A stretch of DNA of 64,000 bases, from positions 71,791-135,790 of the IMG/VR virus record IMGVR_UViG_3300045988_160113, one strand, 5' to 3'. How positions within the stretch are numbered: position 1 is the first letter of the stretch; each line of letters opens with the position of its first letter. Made by a program: the position numbers and the translations under genes. Below the pieces are notes generated by a model that worked only from the letters and a program-made list of their open reading frames with translations, did not search any database and was not told where the DNA came from. This DNA comes from a virus. Below are positions 45,221-53,321 of this stretch, piece by piece.

Positions 45221-45249
45221 TTGATTTTTTCTGAAAATTTTAGTATAAT
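45221..45249 (+). promoter_or_regulatory. sigma70-type promoter
   Basis: TTGATT-17 bp-TATAAT. Confidence 0.65.
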
Positions 45250-45269
45250 ATTTATATAAAATAAGGAGA

Positions 45270-45674
45270 GTGGTATTATTGTTTAGAATTATTGGAAGTT
45301 TTTATTTGTTTGTTTGTTTTTTCAATATTCTTTACTTTATTGTAGTTATTACTGATACACTCAGAGAAGTGAATAATGGTTTACATGAACTACAGCAGAA
45401 TATTGATACCGTAACAAATGGAAAGATGGATATTGAGATTCCTTTAGTTGGAATTAGTGTGATAAAATCATGGCCTTATTTACTTCATTCTATTATTCCT
45501 ATTTGGCATTTGGCTCTCTTTTATACTTTTATTACAAAGAGAGATAAAGTTTATAATACTTTTTATACAGTGTTTCAAGGTAAGGCTGTCAAAAATGTTA
45601 GCGAAGTTATGGAAAGTATTGGTGTAAAAGACTTCGGCAAAGAAATGGAGGAAAATCATGACGACGTTTTATGA
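45270..45674 (+). CDS. Membrane protein
   Basis: ORF track. Start GTG 45270 or TTG 45279. Confidence 0.45.
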   Translation: MVLLFRIIGSFYLFVCFFNILYFIVVITDTLREVNNGLHELQQNIDTVTNGKMDIEIPLVGISVIKSWPYLLHSIIPIWHLALFYTFITKRDKVYNTFYTVFQGKAVKNVSEVMESIGVKDFGKEMEENHDDVL

Positions 45675-45915
45675 AATTAGAGCAGAATACTTTGATACGG
45701 ATAATAAGGATAGTAATGTTGGTACATTTAGGGGTTATGTTTGTGCACAGAACTATGCTAATGCCGCGGCAATTGTTGAAAAAGAGTTTGAAGGAATTTT
45801 GATTAGTATGAGTTTACTTGAAACTAACTGCGGCCCTATTCTAGATGTAGACGATACTGGTCCTGATAAAATTGATTGGAAGATTAGGGAGAATGGTGGT
45901 AAGAATGAAGAATAA
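45658..45915 (+). CDS. Hypothetical protein
   Basis: ORF track. Confidence 0.45.
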   Translation: MTTFYEIRAEYFDTDNKDSNVGTFRGYVCAQNYANAAAIVEKEFEGILISMSLLETNCGPILDVDDTGPDKIDWKIRENGGKNEE

Positions 45916-46075
45916 ATCTTTCAATCAGGAGACTTGGGAGAAAGCTATTGAAAAACTTCATGAATTAGGAATTAGTACAGTTCATGAAGATGGAACTCTT
46001 TTGACTGGTTATGAACTTTTAGAAGCAATGGCTGAAAAATGGTCTGAATTGGAGGGAATTTTCAATGAAGAATAA
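45905..46075 (+). CDS. Hypothetical protein
   Basis: Start MKNKSFNQ. Confidence 0.4.
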   Translation: MKNKSFNQETWEKAIEKLHELGISTVHEDGTLLTGYELLEAMAEKWSELEGIFNEE

Positions 46076-46424
46076 AGAAGTTCTCAAGTTACGTCGTAAA
46101 ATTTGTAAAGGTTTTCGCGTGCTGAATAATAATCTTCGTGATGATTATCTTTGGCGTGGTAGATTTGAAGTACGTATGAAAGATTTCCAATATAGGAAAT
46201 ATTTCGATAATAGTGGTTATCAAGTTTGGGTCTGCGCGCAGTTTATTGACCATAAGACTGGTCAAACTAAAGACCTGTGGGGAAATTATTTTGATTGGAC
46301 TAGTGGTTGGAAAGTATTCGTAGCAATGAATGTTTTTATTGTTGAAGATTGCCATGTTTGGGAATATGATAAAGAAGACCCAAACTATCCAACTAATGAT
46401 AAAACTGTGTATAGGAGTAAATGA
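46065..46424 (+). CDS. Hypothetical protein
   Basis: ORF track. Confidence 0.5.
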   Translation: MKNKEVLKLRRKICKGFRVLNNNLRDDYLWRGRFEVRMKDFQYRKYFDNSGYQVWVCAQFIDHKTGQTKDLWGNYFDWTSGWKVFVAMNVFIVEDCHVWEYDKEDPNYPTNDKTVYRSK

Positions 46425-46425
46425 T

Positions 46426-46737
46426 ATGACTTACGAAGAGTTTCTGGATTTTGTCAAGGGCTATGATGAGTTCAATAATTATGTGAATAGTCTATATGAA
46501 TTGGGTATGGTAACTGATGATTGTCCTATTATGGAAATGTACGGTTATTATGCCAAGGCGATTTGTAAGAATTTTGGTGCGGACTATGCTTGGTTTTTGA
46601 ATTGGGCAGATGATAAGTGCCTTCATGTCAAAGACTATAGTGATAATCATCCTGGTATTGATTTTTGGGTGCGCGATGGCTTGGAAATGTATAAGTTCCT
46701 ACAATCTGAGACTGCGCGCGAAGAGTGCTGGATTTGA
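46426..46737 (+). CDS. Hypothetical protein
   Basis: Start MTYEEFLDF after aggag. Confidence 0.45.
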   Translation: MTYEEFLDFVKGYDEFNNYVNSLYELGMVTDDCPIMEMYGYYAKAICKNFGADYAWFLNWADDKCLHVKDYSDNHPGIDFWVRDGLEMYKFLQSETAREECWI

Positions 46738-46746
46738 TAAGCAAAT

Positions 46747-46775
46747 TTGAAATTTTCTCAAACTTATTATATAAT
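46747..46775 (+). promoter_or_regulatory. sigma70-type promoter followed by ~230-nt leader
   Basis: TTGAAA-17 bp-TATAAT. Confidence 0.6.
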
Positions 46776-47003
46776 ATATGTAGAAAGTGAGAGAGAAAAA
46801 GATAATAAAATTCAGAAGGGCGTTCACTTCTCTATAAGGATAAAGAATAGTCCATACCTCTCAAAGTGCTATTCAATAAGGTTAGATTATAAGTAGGTAT
46901 GATAGTTCTGCTAATAAACTTGAATAGAGTCAATGACGTTGTGGCTTTGATTGTATGATACCTCCAAAAGAATTTTATTAGAAAGAAAGTGAGGGAAAAG
47001 AAT

Positions 47004-47375
47004 ATGTATGCTTATTTTTGTTTGACTGCTGAATACACTGTCAAGGATGGTGAAAAAATCGACGAAGCCAAAGAAAGCGATTGTCTTTATGATGTTTCCA
47101 TTGACGCTAAAATCGATTTTGACTATTCTGCTGCGCGAAAAGTGAAAGTTGGTAGGCTTGGCGATATTCTTGATGATACTTTTGAGTGGAATACTTACTA
47201 CGAAGATATTCTAAGACTTAGCCGTGAACACCCAAATGTTCTCTTTGACCTTTACTATGAAGATACAGAAGAGTTCGCAAGCGCGCATATCTACTTTATT
47301 GCTGGACTTTATCAGTATAGTCCTGCGATTGTAAAGTATGAAGAGTTTGACTCGAATAAATTATGTTCATATTGA
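47004..47375 (+). CDS. Hypothetical protein
   Basis: Start MYAYFCL after gtgagggaaaag. Confidence 0.5.
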   Translation: MYAYFCLTAEYTVKDGEKIDEAKESDCLYDVSIDAKIDFDYSAARKVKVGRLGDILDDTFEWNTYYEDILRLSREHPNVLFDLYYEDTEEFASAHIYFIAGLYQYSPAIVKYEEFDSNKLCSY

Positions 47376-47388
47376 GAGGAGATTGATT

Positions 47389-47577
47389 ATGAGAGACCCT
47401 AATCGTATTTATGTTATTTGTTCTCAGATTGCTAAAGCTTGGTATGATAATGTCCCTGATTGGCGTTTTACTCAGATGTTATGTAATTTTCTCTCTTATA
47501 TGGGTTCCGATTGTTTCTATATGGAAGATGAAGTATTTATGGAAAAATTCAACGAGTATATGAGGACACTTGTATGA
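47389..47577 (+). CDS. Hypothetical protein
   Basis: Start MRDPNRIYV after gagagga. Confidence 0.45.
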   Translation: MRDPNRIYVICSQIAKAWYDNVPDWRFTQMLCNFLSYMGSDCFYMEDEVFMEKFNEYMRTLV

Positions 47578-47744
47578 ATGTATTTTTACTTCGAGTTATA
47601 TTGACAATTCTTATCGGTTCTTTTTGGTATGAAGCCAAAAGAATTTTTGAATTAGAGAAGAGAGAAAATGGCGCGCGAATATTTATGTATTGTTATACGG
47701 TGCTGTTGATTTTGGTACTGTGTTTTATTTGGTTTTTGATGTGA
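47574..47744 (+). CDS. Small membrane protein (56 aa)
   Basis: Own translation MNVFLLRVILTILIGSFWYEAKR...; ATGA overlap. Confidence 0.35.
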   Translation: MNVFLLRVILTILIGSFWYEAKRIFELEKRENGARIFMYCYTVLLILVLCFIWFLM

Positions 47745-47760
47745 AAGGAGAGTGATGTGT

Positions 47761-48322
47761 ATGGCAATCTGGATTACTTCAGATTGGCATTAGGCATTTT
47801 TGCCATGATAGAGAATTTCTTTATAAGCCACGCGGTTTTGATAATATTCAAGATATGAATCGTGCAATTATTCAGAGGCATAATAAACTGGTAAACTGGG
47901 ATGATGATGTCTATACTCTTGGTGATTGTATGCTCAATAATAACGATGAGGGAAGAAGTTGCATTGCTCAGTTGAATGGACAAATTCATATTATTAGAGG
48001 AAACCACGACAGTAATGGCCGTATGGAAATCTATCGTGGCCTTCATAATGTAGTTGAAGTGTGCGAAGGTAAATTCCTGCGCAATGGAAAATACCATTTC
48101 TATCTTTCTCATTATCCTTGTCTTACGAGTAATTGGGATGAAGATAAACCTCTCAAGGCGCGCATGACGAATTTGTGTGGTCATAGTCATACTAAAGACC
48201 ATTTTGCAGACTGGGGCAAAGGTCTAATTTTTCATTGTGAAATGGATACAAATAATTGTGAACCCATTCTTCTTGATGATATTATCAAGAAAATTGAAAT
48301 CAAGTTAGGAGAAAATAAATGA
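47761..48322 (+). CDS. Calcineurin-like metallophosphoesterase, reading frame broken after codon 10
   Basis: MAIWITSDWH-TAG in frame 1. Frame +1 continues RHFCHDREFLYKPRGFDNIQDMN...VYTLGDC...IIRGNHD...GHSH. Confidence 0.5.
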
Positions 48323-48687
48323 ATACTGGAAAAATTATTGCTCTCGGTGCAGTGAGTGCTATTGCTATCAATGCGCTTGGTTATTTTGCGATGAATACCG
48401 GCATTGGCTATAATATTATCGTATTTGGCTGTATTGCCATTGTGGAAGTTCTTGCTATTATTGCTTTTGTGAAGTGGATTTTTGCTCCGCGCGCGGAAGA
48501 AAAGATTACTTCTCGTGGTAAGCGCGCACCATCCAATGCTTTCAAAGATGGCGATGTGGCACTTTATAATTCCGATACTGGTGATTATGATGTGCTTAGT
48601 GATTACGAAGCGCCTGATATTGACCTAAAGGAAGCATATGATAACCTCGATAAGACACTTGAGAATTGTGATGTAAAGGAGAACTAA
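48319..48687 (+). CDS. Membrane protein
   Basis: ORF track; two TM segments. Confidence 0.5.
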   Translation: MNTGKIIALGAVSAIAINALGYFAMNTGIGYNIIVFGCIAIVEVLAIIAFVKWIFAPRAEEKITSRGKRAPSNAFKDGDVALYNSDTGDYDVLSDYEAPDIDLKEAYDNLDKTLENCDVKEN

Positions 48688-48688
48688 A

Positions 48689-49192
48689 ATGCTTGTTGTT
48701 CTTGTTGGCCCTTCGTATAGTGGTAAGTCAACTGTATGTGAATTTTTCAAGAGATATTATAAGATGCAGGAACTTCCTATGTATGTTGTTTGTCCTGATG
48801 ATATTCGTGAAGAACTTCTTGGTGATGCTAGCGACCAGTCAAATGGCAAGATGATTTTTGAGACTGCTTATGAAAGAGTAGACAAGGCACTAAATTCTTC
48901 TTTGAATACTGTTTTCTTTGATGCTACTTCGCTTACTCCTGCGCGCAGAAAGCCTCTTATTGAAATTGCGAAGAAACATAAAACGTGTTGCTTTGCCGTG
49001 GTTATGCCTAACTTTACTGAAGAAGAACTCACTGCGCGCGCAGCAACTCGTGAACGTAAGGTTCCTTTAGATGTGGTCTACGCGCAGAAACAGAGAATGA
49101 TTTATCCTAATGTTGAAGAAGGCTTTGATTATACTATGGAGATTCCGAAGTCTTCATTGGATATTATGAAGGAGCGACTAAATGATTGTTAG
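48689..49192 (+). CDS. P-loop kinase (AAA_33 / polynucleotide-kinase-like)
   Basis: MLVVLVGPSYSGKSTV Walker A. Confidence 0.55.
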   Translation: MLVVLVGPSYSGKSTVCEFFKRYYKMQELPMYVVCPDDIREELLGDASDQSNGKMIFETAYERVDKALNSSLNTVFFDATSLTPARRKPLIEIAKKHKTCCFAVVMPNFTEEELTARAATRERKVPLDVVYAQKQRMIYPNVEEGFDYTMEIPKSSLDIMKERLNDC

Positions 49193-49778
49193 TATTCTTG
49201 CTATTCTTGCTATTGTAATATTCACTGGTTCGTTTATTACCAATTTTATTTTTCGTTATCAAGCATATAAGAAAAATGACCATTATTTTTATCATGACAC
49301 TTGGTATGGAGATAAACCTAAAATTTGGGCTTATTTTGGAGAATGGCTTTTGCTAATTCTTGTCATTGGTTTTTTATATGTTTTTATCAGTTTTGGTATT
49401 TATATATTTACTGAGGGTTCAGATAATTTTACCCATTATGAAAAAGATAATGAATGGACTATTTATGCTTTAGATGATTCCATTGGTGCAAGTGGAAGAT
49501 TTTTCCTTGGTAGCGGCAGAATTGATTCAGATATCTATTATTATTATGTTTATAATACTGTTCATGGGCAGAAAATTGGAAAGCTTCGCGCTTCTAATGT
49601 ATATCTAAAATATGATGATGATAACCATTATATTGAAAAGTATAGTAGGCATTATAATGATGATTTGAAGACTAAACTATTGGTAACTCAGTTATTCACT
49701 AAATGCGAAGATAGTTATTATGTTATTTATATTCCAGAAGGTAGTATTACAAATGATTTTACTGTTGATTTACAGTAA
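49182..49778 (+). CDS. Membrane protein
   Basis: ORF track. Confidence 0.5.
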   Translation: MIVSILAILAIVIFTGSFITNFIFRYQAYKKNDHYFYHDTWYGDKPKIWAYFGEWLLLILVIGFLYVFISFGIYIFTEGSDNFTHYEKDNEWTIYALDDSIGASGRFFLGSGRIDSDIYYYYVYNTVHGQKIGKLRASNVYLKYDDDNHYIEKYSRHYNDDLKTKLLVTQLFTKCEDSYYVIYIPEGSITNDFTVDLQ

Positions 49779-49793
49779 TTTAGTAACTAAAAT

Positions 49794-49822
49794 TTGAAAT
49801 TTTCTGAAGTATATGATATAAT
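49794..49822 (+). promoter_or_regulatory. sigma70-type promoter with conserved leader
   Basis: TTGAAA-17 bp-TATAAT. Confidence 0.65.
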
Positions 49823-49849
49823 ATATATAGAAAGTGAGAGAAAGAGAAA

Positions 49850-50053
49850 ATGAGAATTCTTTTTATTATACTGTTTATCATTGGTGTTGCAGTTTTTCTT
49901 TTTTGTTTTATTCAATGGTGTTTTGCTTTGGCTAATATTAGTAGTAAAAATGATTCAAAAGAAATTGAAAGAATACTTTATTGGAATCTGTGGATTGCAT
50001 TTTCTGCTCTTTATATAAACATTATCAATATTTTATTCAAACTTTGTGTATGA
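49850..50053 (+). CDS. Small membrane protein
   Basis: ORF track. Confidence 0.4.
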   Translation: MRILFIILFIIGVAVFLFCFIQWCFALANISSKNDSKEIERILYWNLWIAFSALYINIINILFKLCV

Positions 50054-50226
50054 AGAAAAAAATTATGAAGAAGAAGATTGTTGAAAAGTTATCTGAACTT
50101 GAGAGACGAGATAAATTCTTCACTGAGTTAGAAGAAACTTGTCCCATTCATTATGAAGGAACAGATATTGTAGCAGATGTTTCTCTTGATGTGGAATTTA
50201 TCTTTCAAAATTTGAAAAATTCATAA
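50050..50226 (+). CDS. Hypothetical protein
   Basis: Start MKKKIMKKKIVEKL; ATGA overlap. Confidence 0.4.
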   Translation: MKKKIMKKKIVEKLSELERRDKFFTELEETCPIHYEGTDIVADVSLDVEFIFQNLKNS

Positions 50227-50240
50227 ATCTTTGCTATAAT
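50212..50240 (+). promoter_or_regulatory. sigma70-type promoter
   Basis: TTGAAA-17 bp-TATAAT. Confidence 0.65.
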
Positions 50241-50269
50241 ATTTATAGAAAGTGAGAGAGGTAAACAAA

Positions 50270-50482
50270 ATGAATAGAAGTGAGTTCTTTGAATTAGTTC
50301 ATGATGTTGTTGATACATATGGTGTTTATTCTTGCCTTGATAATGAGGATGACATTGAAGAGAATAATCTCTGGTTCAACTGTCCAAATTGTGGAGACCC
50401 AATTTTGTATGACGATTTCAAGAACGACAAAGACCTTCATGCCGGCTTCTGTCCGATTTGTGAATCTCAACTTTTTGATTGA
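50270..50482 (+). CDS. Zn-ribbon protein
   Basis: Start MNRSEFF. CPNCGD...CPIC. Confidence 0.45.
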   Translation: MNRSEFFELVHDVVDTYGVYSCLDNEDDIEENNLWFNCPNCGDPILYDDFKNDKDLHAGFCPICESQLFD

Positions 50483-51870
50483 TAAATCCTTTCAATACTC
50501 GAATGGTCGGTGAGAGTATAAATAACCTGACTACCATGGTGAAACGGTAGTAGCCAACCAGTATAGAGGAGTTCGATTCTCTGAACCGCGGCGTTCGACT
50601 CGTCCGGTGCGAGGGCAAAACTGGTATAGCGCGAAGAAATTGGAGAGCCAGATGACGCGCTACTCTCTGATGCTGGTCAGTCTCACGTCTTGCAGAAAGC
50701 ATCTAAAACACGGGGTACGCTGAGCATTAGTCGATGCGGCGGCTTCCTAGGAGAGTTCTAACCTAGGCCAAGGTTTATGAACACCGCAAGTAAGGTTCTT
50801 CTTTTCGAGGGTGATGTATTGTGAGGAAGGGCTGAAAGACTTAGATGGGAAGTAATGATGATTACTCGATCTAAGTGTGTAGAAAATTAGAATCGAAGAC
50901 CTCGTAGCGGCCGTAGCGAGGCTACCGTGTGGACGGTAATCGTGTCCTCCAAAGTGCTAGGCAAAGCGGGCATACAGAGTGGTGATTGAACAGTTATTGG
51001 CTAGTCCACTCATTGAAGCTACTAATCCTGACGTCGGAGGTAGTAGTTGACGGCAATCAAAAAGATTGTAAGTCCATGGAACTAATGCGCTGTGCTCATT
51101 GTCTATGGCATGACTGTGAAGACTCAATAGGATGTCTTCCAAAACGATGTGAGAAGTCGTGCAGAGTGGTGATAACACTAGCCCACTCAATAAATCCAGA
51201 TGATACTGGTTGAGTTGTGTGTAAGGAAGAGGTAAGGTTGGTGTGCGGTATATAAAGAAGGCCGTGATTAGCATACAACAAAAAATACAGACGAGGGGTT
51301 AGGTAATGTGATGGATTCGGCGGGTGAAAGTCCCGTGGAGGTAGTCTGTATTCTAATTCTAATTCTAAAAACCTACATAGAAGTAATTCCACCTTGAGAA
51401 GGGTCGTCATTCGACGAAGTATAAGTTGAGTACTACTTATACTAATAAAACAGACTGGTGGTTGAGTAGGTCATCTGGATTCTTCTAATAGGTAGCAGTC
51501 ACCTACGTCAAGCGGGCCTTGTATCACGGTTTCCCGCGGAAGGCTGTAGACTGTGAGAGTGTGATAGTAAATGGGAACAGGGGAGGCCCTCAAGCACACG
51601 GGCGAGCGCACGCCTTTCTCCCTATATATGCTTAGTTGGTGTAAGGGGTAGCATAAGCCGCGGAAGCGGAGACTCTGGTTCGAACCCAGAACTAAGCACA
51701 GTAATGTGGTAACTACCATGCTCAACGCGCGAGAGTACCCGGAAGGTAGTTGACAGCCAGGAAAGACTGGCAGGCCTGGTCGATTAGTGTAACGGTAGCA
51801 CGCCATCCTTTTATGGAGGAAGAGAGGTTCGACTCCTATGCGATCTCAATTATTTATTAGGTAGTCATTA
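50483..51870 (+). ncRNA. Candidate large structured ncRNA (R2, ~1.4 kb), paralogous to R1
   Basis: ORF-free apart from spurious minus-strand ORFs, and GC-enriched. Carries GAATGGTCGGTGAG...AACCTGACTACCA. Has duplicated CAGAGTGGTGAT..CTAGyCCACTCA hairpins (50977, 51163) and tRNA-like modules at the 3' end. Confidence 0.55.
51630..51698 (+). ncRNA. tRNA-like element lacking an anticodon loop
   Basis: Perfect acceptor gcttagt/actaagc, D arm gtgt-aaggggta-gcat, T arm tctgg-ttcgaac-ccaga. The anticodon arm is replaced by ccgc-GGAA-gcgg. No CCA. Confidence 0.55.
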
Positions 51871-51955
51871 CTCCATCGCGAGGAGCCTAAACAAGAGTAA
51901 AAGAATGACTGGCACTCTGGAAAGACGGAGAGACGTCTATAAAGAGGTAGTTGAT

Positions 51956-52162
51956 ATGGATTGGAAAGAAGTTGTTATTTGTGCGCCAGAGGACGCCGTA
52001 AAGAAAGCAATAAAGTTTTGTGAAAGTCATGAGTGCGTGGAATGTCCAATTCATATCAATGATATTGAGCATAGAACAAAGTATGATAAATGTTGTGAAT
52101 TTGTTCCTTGTGTGGCTAATTTGATTTATGAGTTGGTTGTGCACCCACATTATGAACTTTAG
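51956..52162 (+). CDS. Small Cys-rich protein
   Basis: Start MDWKEVV after agagg. Confidence 0.4.
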   Translation: MDWKEVVICAPEDAVKKAIKFCESHECVECPIHINDIEHRTKYDKCCEFVPCVANLIYELVVHPHYEL

Positions 52163-52202
52163 TTTGGTCGGTTAGTCAAGTGGGCTAAGACACAAGGTTT
52201 TG

Positions 52203-52940
52203 GAGATGGTAATATAGCAATTATTGATTCTTACAGTAAAGAAGAATTAGAAAGTATTATCAAAAGTTCTTATTCTTATAAAGAAGTTCTTGAAAAATTA
52301 GGTTATTATAGTCATAGCGGAAGTTCTTATAAAATGCTACAAGATAGAATTCAAAAATATAATATAGATATATCTCATTTTACTAAGAAAAAGAATATTG
52401 TTCGGAATGAAGAGAATATATTTATAAAAGATTCTACTGTTTCTCAGCATTGTTTACGAGATTGGTATTTGAAAGGTAAATATACTGAGTATAAATGCTC
52501 TATCTGTGGACAGGAACCTTTTTGGCAAGGTAAGCCTCTTACGCTTATTTTGGATCACATAAATGGGAAAAACCATGATGATAGATTGGAAAATCTTCGA
52601 TGGGTTTGTCCTAATTGTAATCAACAATTAGATACTACTGGCTATAGAAAATTCAGAACGGAACAAAAAAGCAAGAAAGAATATTTTTGTTCAAATTGTG
52701 GTAAAAAAATATCTAAAGGTTCTACTTTATGTGTAGAATGTTTAGGGAAAACTAACCGGATTTGTGAACGACCGAATAGACAAGAATTGAAAAATATGAT
52801 AAGAACAATGAACTTTGTTGATATTGGTAAAAAATATAATGTATCTGATAACGCTATTAGAAAATGGTGCGATACTTATAATTTGCCTCGGCTTGCTACA
52901 CTTATAAAACAAATTCCCGATAACGAATGGGAAAAAATCT
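52203..52940 (+). mobile_element. HNH endonuclease gene insertion inside a tRNA gene
   Basis: The insertion is almost entirely ORF. The stop TAA overlaps the first 2 nt of the 3' tRNA half. Confidence 0.55.
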
Positions 52941-52942
52941 AA
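52334..52942 (+). CDS. HNH homing endonuclease
   Basis: LILDHINGKNHDDRLENLRWVCPNCNQQLD. The frame is open upstream to 52163 and encodes a typical N-terminal ...SKEELESIIKSSYSYKEVLEKLGYYSHSGSSYK, so the true start is probably a non-ATG codon upstream. Confidence 0.75.
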   Translation: MLQDRIQKYNIDISHFTKKKNIVRNEENIFIKDSTVSQHCLRDWYLKGKYTEYKCSICGQEPFWQGKPLTLILDHINGKNHDDRLENLRWVCPNCNQQLDTTGYRKFRTEQKSKKEYFCSNCGKKISKGSTLCVECLGKTNRICERPNRQELKNMIRTMNFVDIGKKYNVSDNAIRKWCDTYNLPRLATLIKQIPDNEWEKI

Positions 52943-53222
52943 CCTTGGAACAGGAGTTCGATTCTCCTACCGACTCCCACGAGTGAGCATTGGGCCAACT
53001 AACACTCTCAAAAATGATTGTCCCTTCTTCACCCTCCGCGTGGGCTACTCATAGCACAGAGACCACAAATGCGCGGCCATTATCAAAAGTCAAAAATCCT
53101 TGGCTTTGTATAAGTATAGTTCTACTGGTTGAGCAACAGTATGATAATACTTTAGTTTGATGGTTGATGTGTAGAGACTTTACTTGGTTCGGCTCGGAAG
53201 TGGGTAAAGTCTTGATTTATTT

Positions 53223-53294
53223 AGAGGATTAGTGGACCAGTGGACACGCTCGGCTTTGACCCGAGAGAAAGACGGCCAGCACGTCTATCCTCTG
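53223..53294 (+). tRNA. tRNA-Gln (TTG) with non-canonical T loop
   Basis: Perfect acceptor agaggat/atcctct, ctcgg-CTTTGAC-ccgag, T arm agacg-gccagca-cgtct, CCA encoded. Confidence 0.5.
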
Positions 53295-53321
53295 CCATAA
53301 TAATTTTATAAGAAGGGAGAT

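Larger units (their letters stand above)
52166..52979 (+). tRNA. tRNA-Gln(TTG)-like gene split in the anticodon loop by a 738-bp HNH ORF insertion
   Basis: 5' half 52166-52202: ggtcggt-ta-gtc-aagtgggctaa-gac-a-caagg-ttttg. 3' half 52941-52979: aa-ccttg-gaac-aggag-ttcgatt-ctcct-accgact-c-cca. Confidence 0.55.

Noticed and set aside
47791-47793. TAG reassignment (an alternative genetic code) to explain the in-frame stop in the phosphoesterase gene
   Set aside because: Reading through TAG in frame 1 hits TGA four codons later. The homologous sequence continues in the +1 frame. No CTA-anticodon tRNA was found, and TAG is used as a normal stop elsewhere.
51319-51342. Similarity of ggcgggtgaaagtcccgtggagg (R2) and gcgcggtaatagtcgtaaagggtgagg (R1, ~35755) to RNase P RNA conserved regions
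   Set aside because: These are only short partial matches recalled from memory. The other universally conserved RNase P elements were not found, so the resemblance is likely chance.
50418-51806. Minus-strand ORFs 50418-50702, 50957-51274, 51096-51410, 51471-51806 and plus-strand ORF 50986-51213 inside R2
   Set aside because: They are antisense to the transcription direction of the whole region or lack start signals. They overlap each other and the tRNA-like modules.
52203-52940. The tRNA-Gln insertion as a self-splicing group I intron
   Set aside because: The insert is almost entirely ORF, with about 130 nt or less outside the annotated CDS, and even that stretch is in frame. I see no room for the P3-P9 core. 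This remains to be tested with covariance models.
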